Assembly: GCA_020831765.1 (NCBI GenBank)
Contig: JAFIFY010000171.1
Span: 1-47,474 of the forward strand
Source of the DNA: Phycisphaeraceae bacterium
Lineage (GTDB): Bacteria > Planctomycetota > Phycisphaerae > Phycisphaerales > Phycisphaeraceae
DNA length: 47,474 nt
Reading direction: 5' to 3'
The notes beneath the pieces are model-generated. The model was not told where the DNA came from. It did not search any database and worked only from the letters and a program-made list of their open reading frames with translations. Shown piece after piece: positions 1 through 8,230 of the stretch (its first letter is position 1; each line of letters begins with the position of its first letter). The position numbers were made by a program, and so were the translations under genes.

Positions 1-127
1 CAATATCCGGGCTTTTGGCAAATCATTCAGACATGCTTATGGCATCTGACGAGATACTGCCATGTTACATACCATAGAAAGTTGGGTAAAAAACATTCTG
101 ATTCAGAGAAATTTTTTGAGTACAAAT

Positions 128-156
128 TTGACAATACGGAAAGATCAGGTAGGCTA
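128..156 (+). promoter_or_regulatory. Candidate sigma70-type promoter (perfect TTGACA, 16-17 nt spacer, weak TAGGCT -10) in AT-rich island upstream of the PEP-CTERM protein gene
   Basis: TTGACA at 128-133; TAGGCT at 150-155; window positions 1-330 are far more AT-rich than the rest of the sequence. The -10 element is weak. Confidence 0.25.
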
Positions 157-331
157 GAACGTGGCGGCAAGGCTCGCGGGGTTCATGGTCGAATCCGACG
201 CGATTGAGTTTCGGGCCTGGTGACCAGAAAACGCCGTCAGGTATCTCAGAAGGCCCGTTCAAAAACTGCGTTCGCTCAATGGGCGGCATGGTCCGCACGG
301 TGCTATTTTTTTCTTTTTTTGGAGTGTTGTG

Positions 332-1813
332 ATGAAGACTGGTAGGCTTTTTGCAGGTTTAGCGATGGCGGGCATTCTGTCCGGCGGGACGACCTTCGGG
401 CAGATTCTCGTCGAGGATTTCAACAGCGGGGAGTTCGTCCCCGGCAGTTCCCGGGTGATTTCGGATAACGCCTACTCATGGGACGGCCCTGGAGATTCGT
501 TGGGCGGCTGGACCGTGGTGGAAGGATGGTACAGTGAGGGGCCGGCACCCGCCGGGTATCCCATCCGGCTGGACGGCAGCGCCACGATGTCAATGAACTC
601 CGTCATCATCGGGGCGAACAATGTCGATGGCGGCTCTTGGACATCCACGGACGGTAACATTGGCGGCTACCACCAGCGCTATAACGATGTGCCCAAGGGT
701 GCCTGGACCTACACGACCGAGTTGACACCGGAAATGGGTGGTGCCCGCGATGCCGATGGCAACGCGTTGGCCTTCACCGTCATCTACGATGCCGAGTTGA
801 TCGGCTACAACAGTGGAATCATCGAGCTTGACAGTGGAGGAACGCCCACGGGTGCGACCCAGCCTGGCCGCGGATGGGTGGGGTCGATCTCGGCGAGTCT
901 CGTATTGGATGGCCAGAGCCACAACGCCGACAGCCCGATCTTCGTCTGGAAAGACAACCAGCACCACAGTAACCAGAACCTGCCCCCCGAATACTTCGAT
1001 GTCAGCGAGTTCCAGCCGGCAGCGACCACTCTGGGAGCGGCAGACGCCTGGGGTTGGGCTTGGGAGTATTCCTGGTTCGACACCGATGACTCGGCCCCCT
1101 CGGCCGTGCGCGGCGTCACGCCCGGTGTGATCGAGCAGACCGTGGGTAACGGCGAAACCATCGAATTTCGTGCCCGTGTCGGCCGCACCGACTTTCCAGG
1201 GCGCGCCGGTGGTGAATGGCACTACATGGCACTGGGCATGGACAATCTGAAGATCGTCGCCCTCGAGGCCGGAGACGTGAACGGGGATCTTCAGGTCGAT
1301 ATCGATGATGCATCTGTCTTGCTCACCAACTTCGGGACGACCTCTGGTGCGACCTGGACGGATGGTGATTTCAACGGTGACGGCGCAGTCGATATCGACG
1401 ATGCCAGCCTCCTGCTGGGCAACTTTGGCACATCGTATTCTTCTCCGGCCGCCGGTGAGATCGAAGTGACGATCGATGTTGCCAACAAGCAAGTGATCAT
1501 CGAGGCCAATGAGGTTGCGTTGCTCCGCCTTGAGGATCCATCGGGCAACATCATCAGCTATGACCCGGCGGTTCCGTTCAGCACGGTGAACCCGGTGACC
1601 CCGACTCTGGTCGGTGAATTCATGCTGGGTGACTTCATCACAGGCACGGCGGTGATCGGTTTTGAGAACTTTGAGAACCAGGAAGTGATCATCGGCCACC
1701 AGCTTCTGGGCCAGGACCGAATTGACAACACATTCATCCTGATCCCAGAGCCGGCCAGCTTGGCTCTGCTGGGGCTGGGTGGACTGGCTCTGCTCCGCCG
1801 CCGCGCGGCGTAA
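332..1813 (+). CDS. Secreted surface protein with two dockerin-type Ca-binding repeats and a C-terminal PEP-CTERM sorting signal
   Basis: The ORF-track protein starts MMKTGRLFAGLAMAGILSGG, a signal peptide. Codon 329 is GTG and the first ATG is at 332; GGAG lies 7 nt upstream. Two repeats, DVNGDLQVDIDDASVLLTNFG and DFNGDGAVDIDDASLLLGNFG, match the dockerin type I motif. The C-terminus IPEPASLALLGLGGLALLRRRAA is a PEP motif, a hydrophobic helix and an Arg cluster. GC3 is high in this frame. Confidence 0.75.
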   Translation: MKTGRLFAGLAMAGILSGGTTFGQILVEDFNSGEFVPGSSRVISDNAYSWDGPGDSLGGWTVVEGWYSEGPAPAGYPIRLDGSATMSMNSVIIGANNVDGGSWTSTDGNIGGYHQRYNDVPKGAWTYTTELTPEMGGARDADGNALAFTVIYDAELIGYNSGIIELDSGGTPTGATQPGRGWVGSISASLVLDGQSHNADSPIFVWKDNQHHSNQNLPPEYFDVSEFQPAATTLGAADAWGWAWEYSWFDTDDSAPSAVRGVTPGVIEQTVGNGETIEFRARVGRTDFPGRAGGEWHYMALGMDNLKIVALEAGDVNGDLQVDIDDASVLLTNFGTTSGATWTDGDFNGDGAVDIDDASLLLGNFGTSYSSPAAGEIEVTIDVANKQVIIEANEVALLRLEDPSGNIISYDPAVPFSTVNPVTPTLVGEFMLGDFITGTAVIGFENFENQEVIIGHQLLGQDRIDNTFILIPEPASLALLGLGGLALLRRRAA

Positions 1814-1873
1814 ATCGAACCTGCCCCCAGTGCGGGACGATCAGGCCCGCTGACAACTGAATAGAACCTCAGA

Positions 1874-1910
1874 CAGCCCACCCGGGTAAACCTCGGGTGG
1901 GCTGTATTTT
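1874..1910 (+). terminator. Rho-independent terminator downstream of the PEP-CTERM protein gene
   Basis: There is a perfect 11-bp inverted repeat, CAGCCCACCCG / CGGGTGGGCTG, with a 9-nt loop (GGTAAACCT). It is followed by TATTTT, about 60 nt after the stop codon. Confidence 0.7.
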
Positions 1911-2234
1911 GGCCTCTGAGGGGAGCCGCTACTGGCCCGGGGCCGCGGTCGGGAGTCAATCAGCCTGCGGACCCTGATCTCCCCTGACCGATCTCGTTCC
2001 GCGGGCGGCGTGGTGGGATGCGATGTGGTACCACTGGCACCCGTTCAGAGAGAAAAACAAGGTCACAGGCCCGTACCGCCCAATCTCGAACGCGCCGTAA
2101 TGACCCGCACCCCTCCGCAACGCCCGCCTAAGACGCTTATCCACCGAAAGGCATTGACGAATCCTTCGTGAGGAATATGGCCCAAGGGCCGACACCGAAC
2201 CCGGCACGATCAGGGCGATATCCACCGGTCCCCG

Positions 2235-4166
2235 TCAGCGGCCGGTGAGGATGATGCTTGCTGCCGCGACGCGGTAAGCCCGCCGCGTCGCCTCGAAGCG
2301 AAGCGTGTTCTGTTCGCGGACCTGCGATATCTCAATGGGTATATCCACCACGTGGCTTGCCCCGGGAACCGGCATCGCCTGACCGTTGAGTGACATCCGC
2401 CCGCCCGCGTCGCCCGTCCGCTCGAGCACCAGCCGAAGCACAGCGCGTCGGGCATTCTCCAGGGCAGGGCGATCGACGGCGATGGCCATTACCGTGGCCT
2501 CCTCGGGCGTGATTTCGTTGAGGATGCCGGGGGCAAAAAACTGCCTTCGGTATACCTCCGGCTCCTCGGGCGGTGTGCCCTCGAGCGGGAAAACCAGGCG
2601 AACCGCTGATCGGCCCGGTATCCGGGCATCGATCGTCGCCGAGCGGCCCGATGCCTCGATGTCGCGTTCGGTGATGCGCAGGCGCTGGGCTTCTCCATCC
2701 ACGATCACCTCGGCCAGGGTGCCGTTGGTCAGGTCCGTGCCTTCGGGGCTGTCGATGCGCATCTCAATTCGGCGCTCGCCGCCGTGGTCGTTGAACACGA
2801 TGACCACCAGCTTCGGATTCTCTACCTCGCGCTGATTGATCGCGGCCACGCTCCAGATGCGCCGGTCATCGCCGGTGATATCGATCAGATCGCCGCGCAG
2901 CGGCTTGAAGAATCGGAAGAAGGCCTCATCGCCGCTCATGGGCGTTCCGCCCCTGGGGTTGCCGTGCTTGGCACGTGCCGCGGCCTTGTCCACACTGTGG
3001 TGCAGCAACGACATCACATCGCGGGTGTGGTAGGTGTACATCCGAGCCGCATACCGCAGCGGATGTTCCTGATCGACATCCCGCAGGTTTTCGTTGCCGG
3101 GCAACTGACTGTCGAAGCCGCCATCGGTTTCGGTGTTGTAAACCTTCACCCATTTGTCGTGCTTGCCGACGGTGTAGGCCACCGCCACCTCATACCAGGC
3201 CGTGACACTGTCGGCGTTGACGCGGTAATGATGTTCGGTGATGCCGTCGAGATATTCGATGGCGTTATCGATCGTCGGTTCATAAAGCGATCGCCAGAGA
3301 TGCCAGTCGCCGACGTTGAAGTTGAAATCCCAGCCGGCGATCAGCTTCAGGTCCGGGTTGGTCTCCTTGAGCGCCCGGGCGAAGGGCAGCAGCATCCAAT
3401 CGTAGAAGAGCTGGTTTTGCCTTCCGGAATACCACGAGCGCTGCGTGGGGTCGCGTCCCCACCACATCTCGACGTTGCGATATTGCCGGTTCCGGAACTC
3501 GAACTCATACCCCGCCGGATGACGGTGCCCGATGTAGGAATGAGCCAGGTAAGCCTGAATGTTGGTATTGCCCGCCGCATCCACGGTGCGCACCTGCCGC
3601 GACCAGACCAGTGATTCGAGCGGTTCATCCCAACCGCGGATCCGCATGGGCTTGCCTTCCTCAGCTTCGGAAATCTCATAGAACTTCGGGTCGTAGTTCA
3701 CACCGGGCCGCGTGGACCAGTTCAGGAACGGCTCGTTCCAGAACTCGACCACCAGGTAGTCCTCGTGCCCTCGGGCGCGCTGGGCATACCGCGTGCCCAG
3801 ATCGGTCATGTATTGCCGCCAGTTCGGATTCGTCAGCACCGGGGCCGGATGGTAGCGATCGCCCAGGCAGTCGATGATCATGGAAAGCGGCTGCCGGTCG
3901 GGGCGGTCCTGCTTGAGGGTCGGCCCGCCGCCGGGCGCGGCGTGGATGATCCGGTTCATCTCGATGCCCCACTCCAGCCGCTCGGGCGTGAGTTGAAACG
4001 CATGGACCCCGAACATCGCGGCCGGAACCCGCCGCGTGCCGTTGGCGTCCAGCAACCGTCCGGTGATGTGGAGGTTCGCATCAGCGCCAATCGCCCTGTC
4101 CATGGCGGCGAGGCCCAGAATCAGCATGGCGGCCAGCAGATGGAGTCCGATTCGTTTTCCGAGCAT
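2235..4166 (-). CDS. Secreted putative glycoside hydrolase, clan GH-A-like (NEP acid/base motif and TE.G nucleophile-like motif); family not assigned
   Basis: N-terminal signal peptide MLGKRIGLHLLAAMLILGLAAMDRAIGADA. Motif VVEFWNEPF is typical of the TIM-barrel GH-A clan (GH5/30/39/79-like). A later YNTETDGG is a candidate nucleophile. The overlapping plus-strand ORF 2784..3614 has no such features. Confidence 0.5.
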   Translation of the reverse strand: MLGKRIGLHLLAAMLILGLAAMDRAIGADANLHITGRLLDANGTRRVPAAMFGVHAFQLTPERLEWGIEMNRIIHAAPGGGPTLKQDRPDRQPLSMIIDCLGDRYHPAPVLTNPNWRQYMTDLGTRYAQRARGHEDYLVVEFWNEPFLNWSTRPGVNYDPKFYEISEAEEGKPMRIRGWDEPLESLVWSRQVRTVDAAGNTNIQAYLAHSYIGHRHPAGYEFEFRNRQYRNVEMWWGRDPTQRSWYSGRQNQLFYDWMLLPFARALKETNPDLKLIAGWDFNFNVGDWHLWRSLYEPTIDNAIEYLDGITEHHYRVNADSVTAWYEVAVAYTVGKHDKWVKVYNTETDGGFDSQLPGNENLRDVDQEHPLRYAARMYTYHTRDVMSLLHHSVDKAAARAKHGNPRGGTPMSGDEAFFRFFKPLRGDLIDITGDDRRIWSVAAINQREVENPKLVVIVFNDHGGERRIEMRIDSPEGTDLTNGTLAEVIVDGEAQRLRITERDIEASGRSATIDARIPGRSAVRLVFPLEGTPPEEPEVYRRQFFAPGILNEITPEEATVMAIAVDRPALENARRAVLRLVLERTGDAGGRMSLNGQAMPVPGASHVVDIPIEISQVREQNTLRFEATRRAYRVAAASIILTGR

Positions 4167-4301
4167 CTCAAAATCCTTGTCAACACAAGATCATCATCCC
4201 GGCCCAACGTCGATGCACATGCCTGAATTGCCCCGCGCTCCCATGGCCTGCAACAAACGCTCGCCGCGAAGGGCCGGATGATCCCATGCGATAATGGCCG
4301 C

Positions 4302-5708
4302 ATGCCCCAACCGCTCGCCCTGATCCTGATTGTGGGCCTGAATGAGCAACTGCTCGGCCACGCTCCCTTCCTACGGCAATGGTCGGCGAGGTGGAGAATT
4401 CGGACGCTGGTTCCGGATTTTCCGGCGGTCACCTGCACCGTTCAGACCTCCCTGCTGACCGGCGTTCGGCCACGCGAACACGGGATCGTCGGCAATGGCT
4501 GGTATGACCGCCGACTTGCCGAGATTCACTTCTGGAAGCAGAGCAGCCACCTGGTCGAAGCGCCCAGGCTCTGGGACACGCTCAAGGGCCGCGATCCTTC
4601 GATGACCTGCGCCCAGCTTTTCTGGTGGTACAACATGCACGCATCGGTCGATTACGCGGCGACGCCCAGGCCGCAGTACCGGGCCGATGGCCGCAAGATT
4701 CCGGATATCCATGCGCGGCCGATGATCCTGCGTGATGAATTGCAGGAGAAACTGGGCCCATTTCCCCTCTTCAAGTTCTGGGGGCCGCTGGCGGATATCG
4801 AAGCATCGCGCTGGATCGTTGATGCCTCATTGCATGTGCAGCAGCGCTACGCTCCCAACCTGATGACCGTCTACCTGCCCCATATGGATTACTGCCTTCA
4901 GAAACTGGGGCCGGAACATGAACAGGTCGCATCGCAAATGAGCGCGATCGATCACGAAGCCGCCCGCCTGATCCAGCATCTTGAGCAACGGGGCTTTCAG
5001 GTCGTTGTGCTCAGCGAATACGGCATCGAGCCGGTCCGGCAGCCGGTGTACCCCAATCGACTTTTGAACGAGATGGGCCTGCTTCGATACCGGGTGGAAG
5101 CGGGAAGGTGGTATCTGGACCCCGGTGAATGCGAGGCGTTTGCCGTCTGTGATCACCAGGTGGCCCATATCTACGTGAAAGACACGGATGTGCAACCGAG
5201 AGTGGCGGCCAGGCTCAGGACACTGGCCGGGGTCGAGCGCGTGCTGGATCGCCACGGACAGGCCGAACTGGGTTTGGATCATCACCGCGCCGGCGATCTG
5301 GTGCTCATCGCCGAGAGCGGGTGCTGGTTCAGTTACTACTACTGGCCGGACGATCGCCTGGCGCCGGACTATGCGCGGACGGTGGATATCCACCGCAAGC
5401 CCGGCTACGACCCGGTCGAGCTTTTCATCGATCCGAAGCTGCGCCTCGGCAAGCTGGGCGTCGCGGCCAAGGTGCTCAAGCGGAAACTGGGCTTTCGCGG
5501 CCTGCTGGATGTGATTCCCCTCGATGCCACGCTGGTCCAGGGCTCCCACGGCCGAGTGGATATCGATCCGCGCTACCAGCCGATGGTGATCTGGCCGGAC
5601 AGCTTCGATGGAAAGGCCCAGCCAACAAGCCGCTCCACCGGCTCACCCTACCCGCCCATCAACTGCCGACAGGTTCATCACGCTCTGCTACGGAATCTCA
5701 TGGCTTGA
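4302..5708 (+). CDS. Alkaline-phosphatase superfamily protein (type I phosphodiesterase / nucleotide pyrophosphatase-like)
   Basis: FPAVTCTVQTSLLTGVRPREHGIVGNGWYDRR matches the metal-ligand Thr/Ser nucleophile region of AP-superfamily NPP/phosphodiesterase proteins (FP.T...TG..P..HGI..N..YD). The start could be 4278 or 4302. Confidence 0.7.
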   Translation: MPQPLALILIVGLNEQLLGHAPFLRQWSARWRIRTLVPDFPAVTCTVQTSLLTGVRPREHGIVGNGWYDRRLAEIHFWKQSSHLVEAPRLWDTLKGRDPSMTCAQLFWWYNMHASVDYAATPRPQYRADGRKIPDIHARPMILRDELQEKLGPFPLFKFWGPLADIEASRWIVDASLHVQQRYAPNLMTVYLPHMDYCLQKLGPEHEQVASQMSAIDHEAARLIQHLEQRGFQVVVLSEYGIEPVRQPVYPNRLLNEMGLLRYRVEAGRWYLDPGECEAFAVCDHQVAHIYVKDTDVQPRVAARLRTLAGVERVLDRHGQAELGLDHHRAGDLVLIAESGCWFSYYYWPDDRLAPDYARTVDIHRKPGYDPVELFIDPKLRLGKLGVAAKVLKRKLGFRGLLDVIPLDATLVQGSHGRVDIDPRYQPMVIWPDSFDGKAQPTSRSTGSPYPPINCRQVHHALLRNLMA

Positions 5709-5721
5709 GGATACCGGGCGA

Positions 5722-6687
5722 TCAGTTTGGATCGGCAAACGAAGCGGCGATCCGCTCAGCGACATCGATGAGATTATCGTACAGGTTCTCCGCCAGTGGA
5801 TCGATGACCTCGACGCGGCCGCCCAGTTGTCCGGCGATCGCTTCCGCGGTCACATCGCTGATCTGCGGCTGCACGAAGACCACACGGGTCTGGGCCTCTC
5901 GAGCCAGCCTGAGCAGCCCGGTCAATTGGCCCTCACTGGGCGTCTGGCCGGAAATCTCGATGGCCATCTGATTGAGGCCGTAATCGTGGGCGAGATATCC
6001 CCAGGCCGGGTGATACACCAGAAACATCCGGCCGCGGTACGGCTCGAGAATCCGGGTAAGTTCGGCATCCAACTCATCGAGCCGGGCATGAACGGCTTCC
6101 AGGTTCTGATTGATGTCTTCAGCAAGGTCCGGTGCCGCCTCGATCAACGCCTCGGCCATGTTCGATGCCTGAATCTTCAGAAGCCTCGGGCTGAGCCAGA
6201 CATGCGGGTCCAGGCCACCATGATCATGATGATGATGGTGATGCTCATGGTCATGGTCATGATCGCACTCGTGATCCATCTCGAGGAAACTGATGCCGGT
6301 GGTGGTGTTGACCACCTCCAGGCCGTACCGCGCTGCGGCACGCCCGCCTCGCCAGGGGCCCTGCTCTTCGAACGGCATGCCGATGGTGAAGAACAGACGC
6401 GACCGCATCAGCCGACTGACCTCGGCATCGCTGGGCGAATAGGTATGGGCATCGGCGTTGGGCGGAATCACCACGATCACTCGCCCGTGCTCGCCCAGCA
6501 ATTGCTCAGCAAGCCACTTCTGCGGAGCGATGCTCACCGCGACCTGAAGCTTGCCATCATCCAGCCCCGCCGCGCGATCACAGCCGACCAGCGCGGCGGT
6601 CATCACCAGGCAAGCCATGAGAAAGAGAACCGGGGAACGAAACACTGCAAACGGGAATGTGCATCGAGGCATCGGAATGGACTCCAT
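5722..6687 (-). CDS. znuA: Metal (zinc) ABC transporter substrate-binding lipoprotein, ZnuA/TroA family, with a poly-His loop
   Basis: Lipoprotein signal with LVGC lipobox; cluster-9 SBP fold motifs. A His/Asp-rich flexible loop, HECDHDHDHEHHHHHHDHGGLDPHVWLSP, is typical of ZnuA. No znuB or znuC lies adjacent. Confidence 0.8.
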   Translation of the reverse strand: MESIPMPRCTFPFAVFRSPVLFLMACLVMTAALVGCDRAAGLDDGKLQVAVSIAPQKWLAEQLLGEHGRVIVVIPPNADAHTYSPSDAEVSRLMRSRLFFTIGMPFEEQGPWRGGRAAARYGLEVVNTTTGISFLEMDHECDHDHDHEHHHHHHDHGGLDPHVWLSPRLLKIQASNMAEALIEAAPDLAEDINQNLEAVHARLDELDAELTRILEPYRGRMFLVYHPAWGYLAHDYGLNQMAIEISGQTPSEGQLTGLLRLAREAQTRVVFVQPQISDVTAEAIAGQLGGRVEVIDPLAENLYDNLIDVAERIAASFADPN

Positions 6688-6737
6688 TTTGGTCAGGCAG
6701 AGGCACGCTCCGCCCGTTGAGTTTGAGGTTCGGTACG

Positions 6738-6794
6738 CCCCCCGGAAACGCCGCCCCCGGAATCACCACCCCCGGGAATGGCGGCCCCGGAACG
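6738..6794. repeat. Four copies of CCCCCGGAA(T) at an exact 15-bp period, 50-110 bp upstream of the znuA start
   Basis: CCGG cores at 6742, 6757, 6772 and 6787, a period of 15. Confidence 0.6.
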
Positions 6795-7245
6795 TTGCTC
6801 CCGACCCCGCAGTGAAAACGCCCCATCGATTTGCCGGCCACGCTGCGGTTAACGGACAACGCTCCACCTCTTGGCTTAATGATAACAGCCGATCAATAAT
6901 TGGCAAGCTGGCGATCGCCCATTCCTTCCCGCCGCCGGCATGACCATACACATAAAATCTTCCATATTCAGCTCTTATTTTGTTATTTCGATCCCGGAAC
7001 CGCCGTTTACGCTCAAGCCCCGGCCACCGGCACTGCCATCGCATTGGGTGAGTGGGTGCTGGCCTGGCGAAAGTGCATTTGACTTCGCGCGCCTCATGAT
7101 ATTCAATTCTCAATAATCAACCGCTACCCCAAGGCCTCGACTTCGGCAAAAGGCCACGCGTCGAACCACGATTTACGATCCCCCGCCCTTGACCCAATCA
7201 GCCCGCCAACTCGACCGCAGGTTCCCAGCATCCCCACGGGCCCGG

Positions 7246-7983
7246 ATGGCCGGTGGGTTTACCCTGGTCGAACTTCTGGTGGTGATCTCCATCATCGCCC
7301 TGCTGATCGGCATTCTGCTTCCAGCCCTGGGCGGAGCCCGTGTACGGGCACATCAAACCGTCTCGGCCAGCAACATGCGGCAATTGGGCATCGCCATGCA
7401 TATGTATCAGGATGACAACCGGGGCTGGTTTCCCCTGACCAGTCACGGCAATCCGATCCGATCCAGCGCATGGGTCTATGTCCTGGCGCCGTACGTGGGC
7501 GATGCGCGGGAAGTGGCCCATCCGGATCAGCCCGGCCAGACGATCATGGCCATCGGCCCCACACGCATCTGCCCGCGCGATCCCATTGGCCGCGCAAGAC
7601 TCGAACAAGGCGGAACCAGCTACATCCTCAACGAGTTCGTCGGTGTCCCCGTGGTCGATCCCTTCGGCCGCGTCGATGAATCGGCCAGTTTCAACCATCG
7701 CGACCGCCTGAGTCGTCCGGGTCAGACCAAAACACTGTTTGTCGGAAGTGAAAACTGGCCGGCTAGCTTTTCCGGCGACCACACCCACTCGCGAGGCTGG
7801 AACAACTGGGGACGGGTGACCTCGGACATCGCGCCCGATCGATACACCACCCGGCAGGTTGATGATCGCACACGCGGGGCAAGCAACTATCTCTATGCCT
7901 CGGGCCACGTCGAATCCCACGATGCGCTGAAGATGAAGGAGCGGATCGATGCGGGCGACAATTTCGCCCGCCCGCCGGATTGA
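7246..7983 (+). CDS. DUF1559 family protein with prepilin-type N-terminal cleavage/methylation domain (planctomycete H-X9-DG protein)
   Basis: MAGG|[24 protein letters not shown] is a type IV pilin-like N-terminus. The C-terminal NYLYASGHVESHD matches the H-X9-DG-like tail of the DUF1559 family. The track ORF starts at 7189; ATG at 7246 gives a typical short leader. Confidence 0.75.
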   Translation: MAGGFTLVELLVVISIIALLIGILLPALGGARVRAHQTVSASNMRQLGIAMHMYQDDNRGWFPLTSHGNPIRSSAWVYVLAPYVGDAREVAHPDQPGQTIMAIGPTRICPRDPIGRARLEQGGTSYILNEFVGVPVVDPFGRVDESASFNHRDRLSRPGQTKTLFVGSENWPASFSGDHTHSRGWNNWGRVTSDIAPDRYTTRQVDDRTRGASNYLYASGHVESHDALKMKERIDAGDNFARPPD

Positions 7984-8007
7984 CTTCGAGGCTCATTGAC
8001 TTCGAGG
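7979..8007. repeat. Perfect 13-bp direct repeat ATTGACTTCGAGG x2 (3-bp spacer) spanning the stop codon of the DUF1559 gene
   Basis: ATTGACTTCGAGG at 7979-7991 and 7995-8007. Confidence 0.6.
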
Positions 8008-8230
8008 TTCTATGTCCCATCCGGCATATCCCACATCCGCGAATCACGAGTCCGAGGCTTGTTCAACGCCATTTAGCCCGGGGCAGGAACATACACGGCA
8101 ATAAGTCGCCCGGCTCATCGTCAAAGTTGTAAGTCGCGGACAGCGTGATGGCTGCGCGGCCGTTCCGTTGCGCAACTTACAAACGCCTCTTCGCCGAGGG
8201 CATATTCATTCGACCCGGAGAGTCCTGACC

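Noticed and set aside
65-298. 77-aa minus-strand ORF in the AT-rich leader region
   Set aside because: It has no recognisable homology. It lies in a probable promoter/5' UTR region with atypical composition, so it is likely non-coding.
590-1699. 369-aa minus-strand ORF
   Set aside because: It is antisense to the dockerin/PEP-CTERM gene and has no features.
5608-6720. 370-aa plus-strand ORF including a poly-Met/Val run
   Set aside because: It is the mirror image of the znuA poly-His loop (CAC/CAT codons read in reverse as ATG/GTG).
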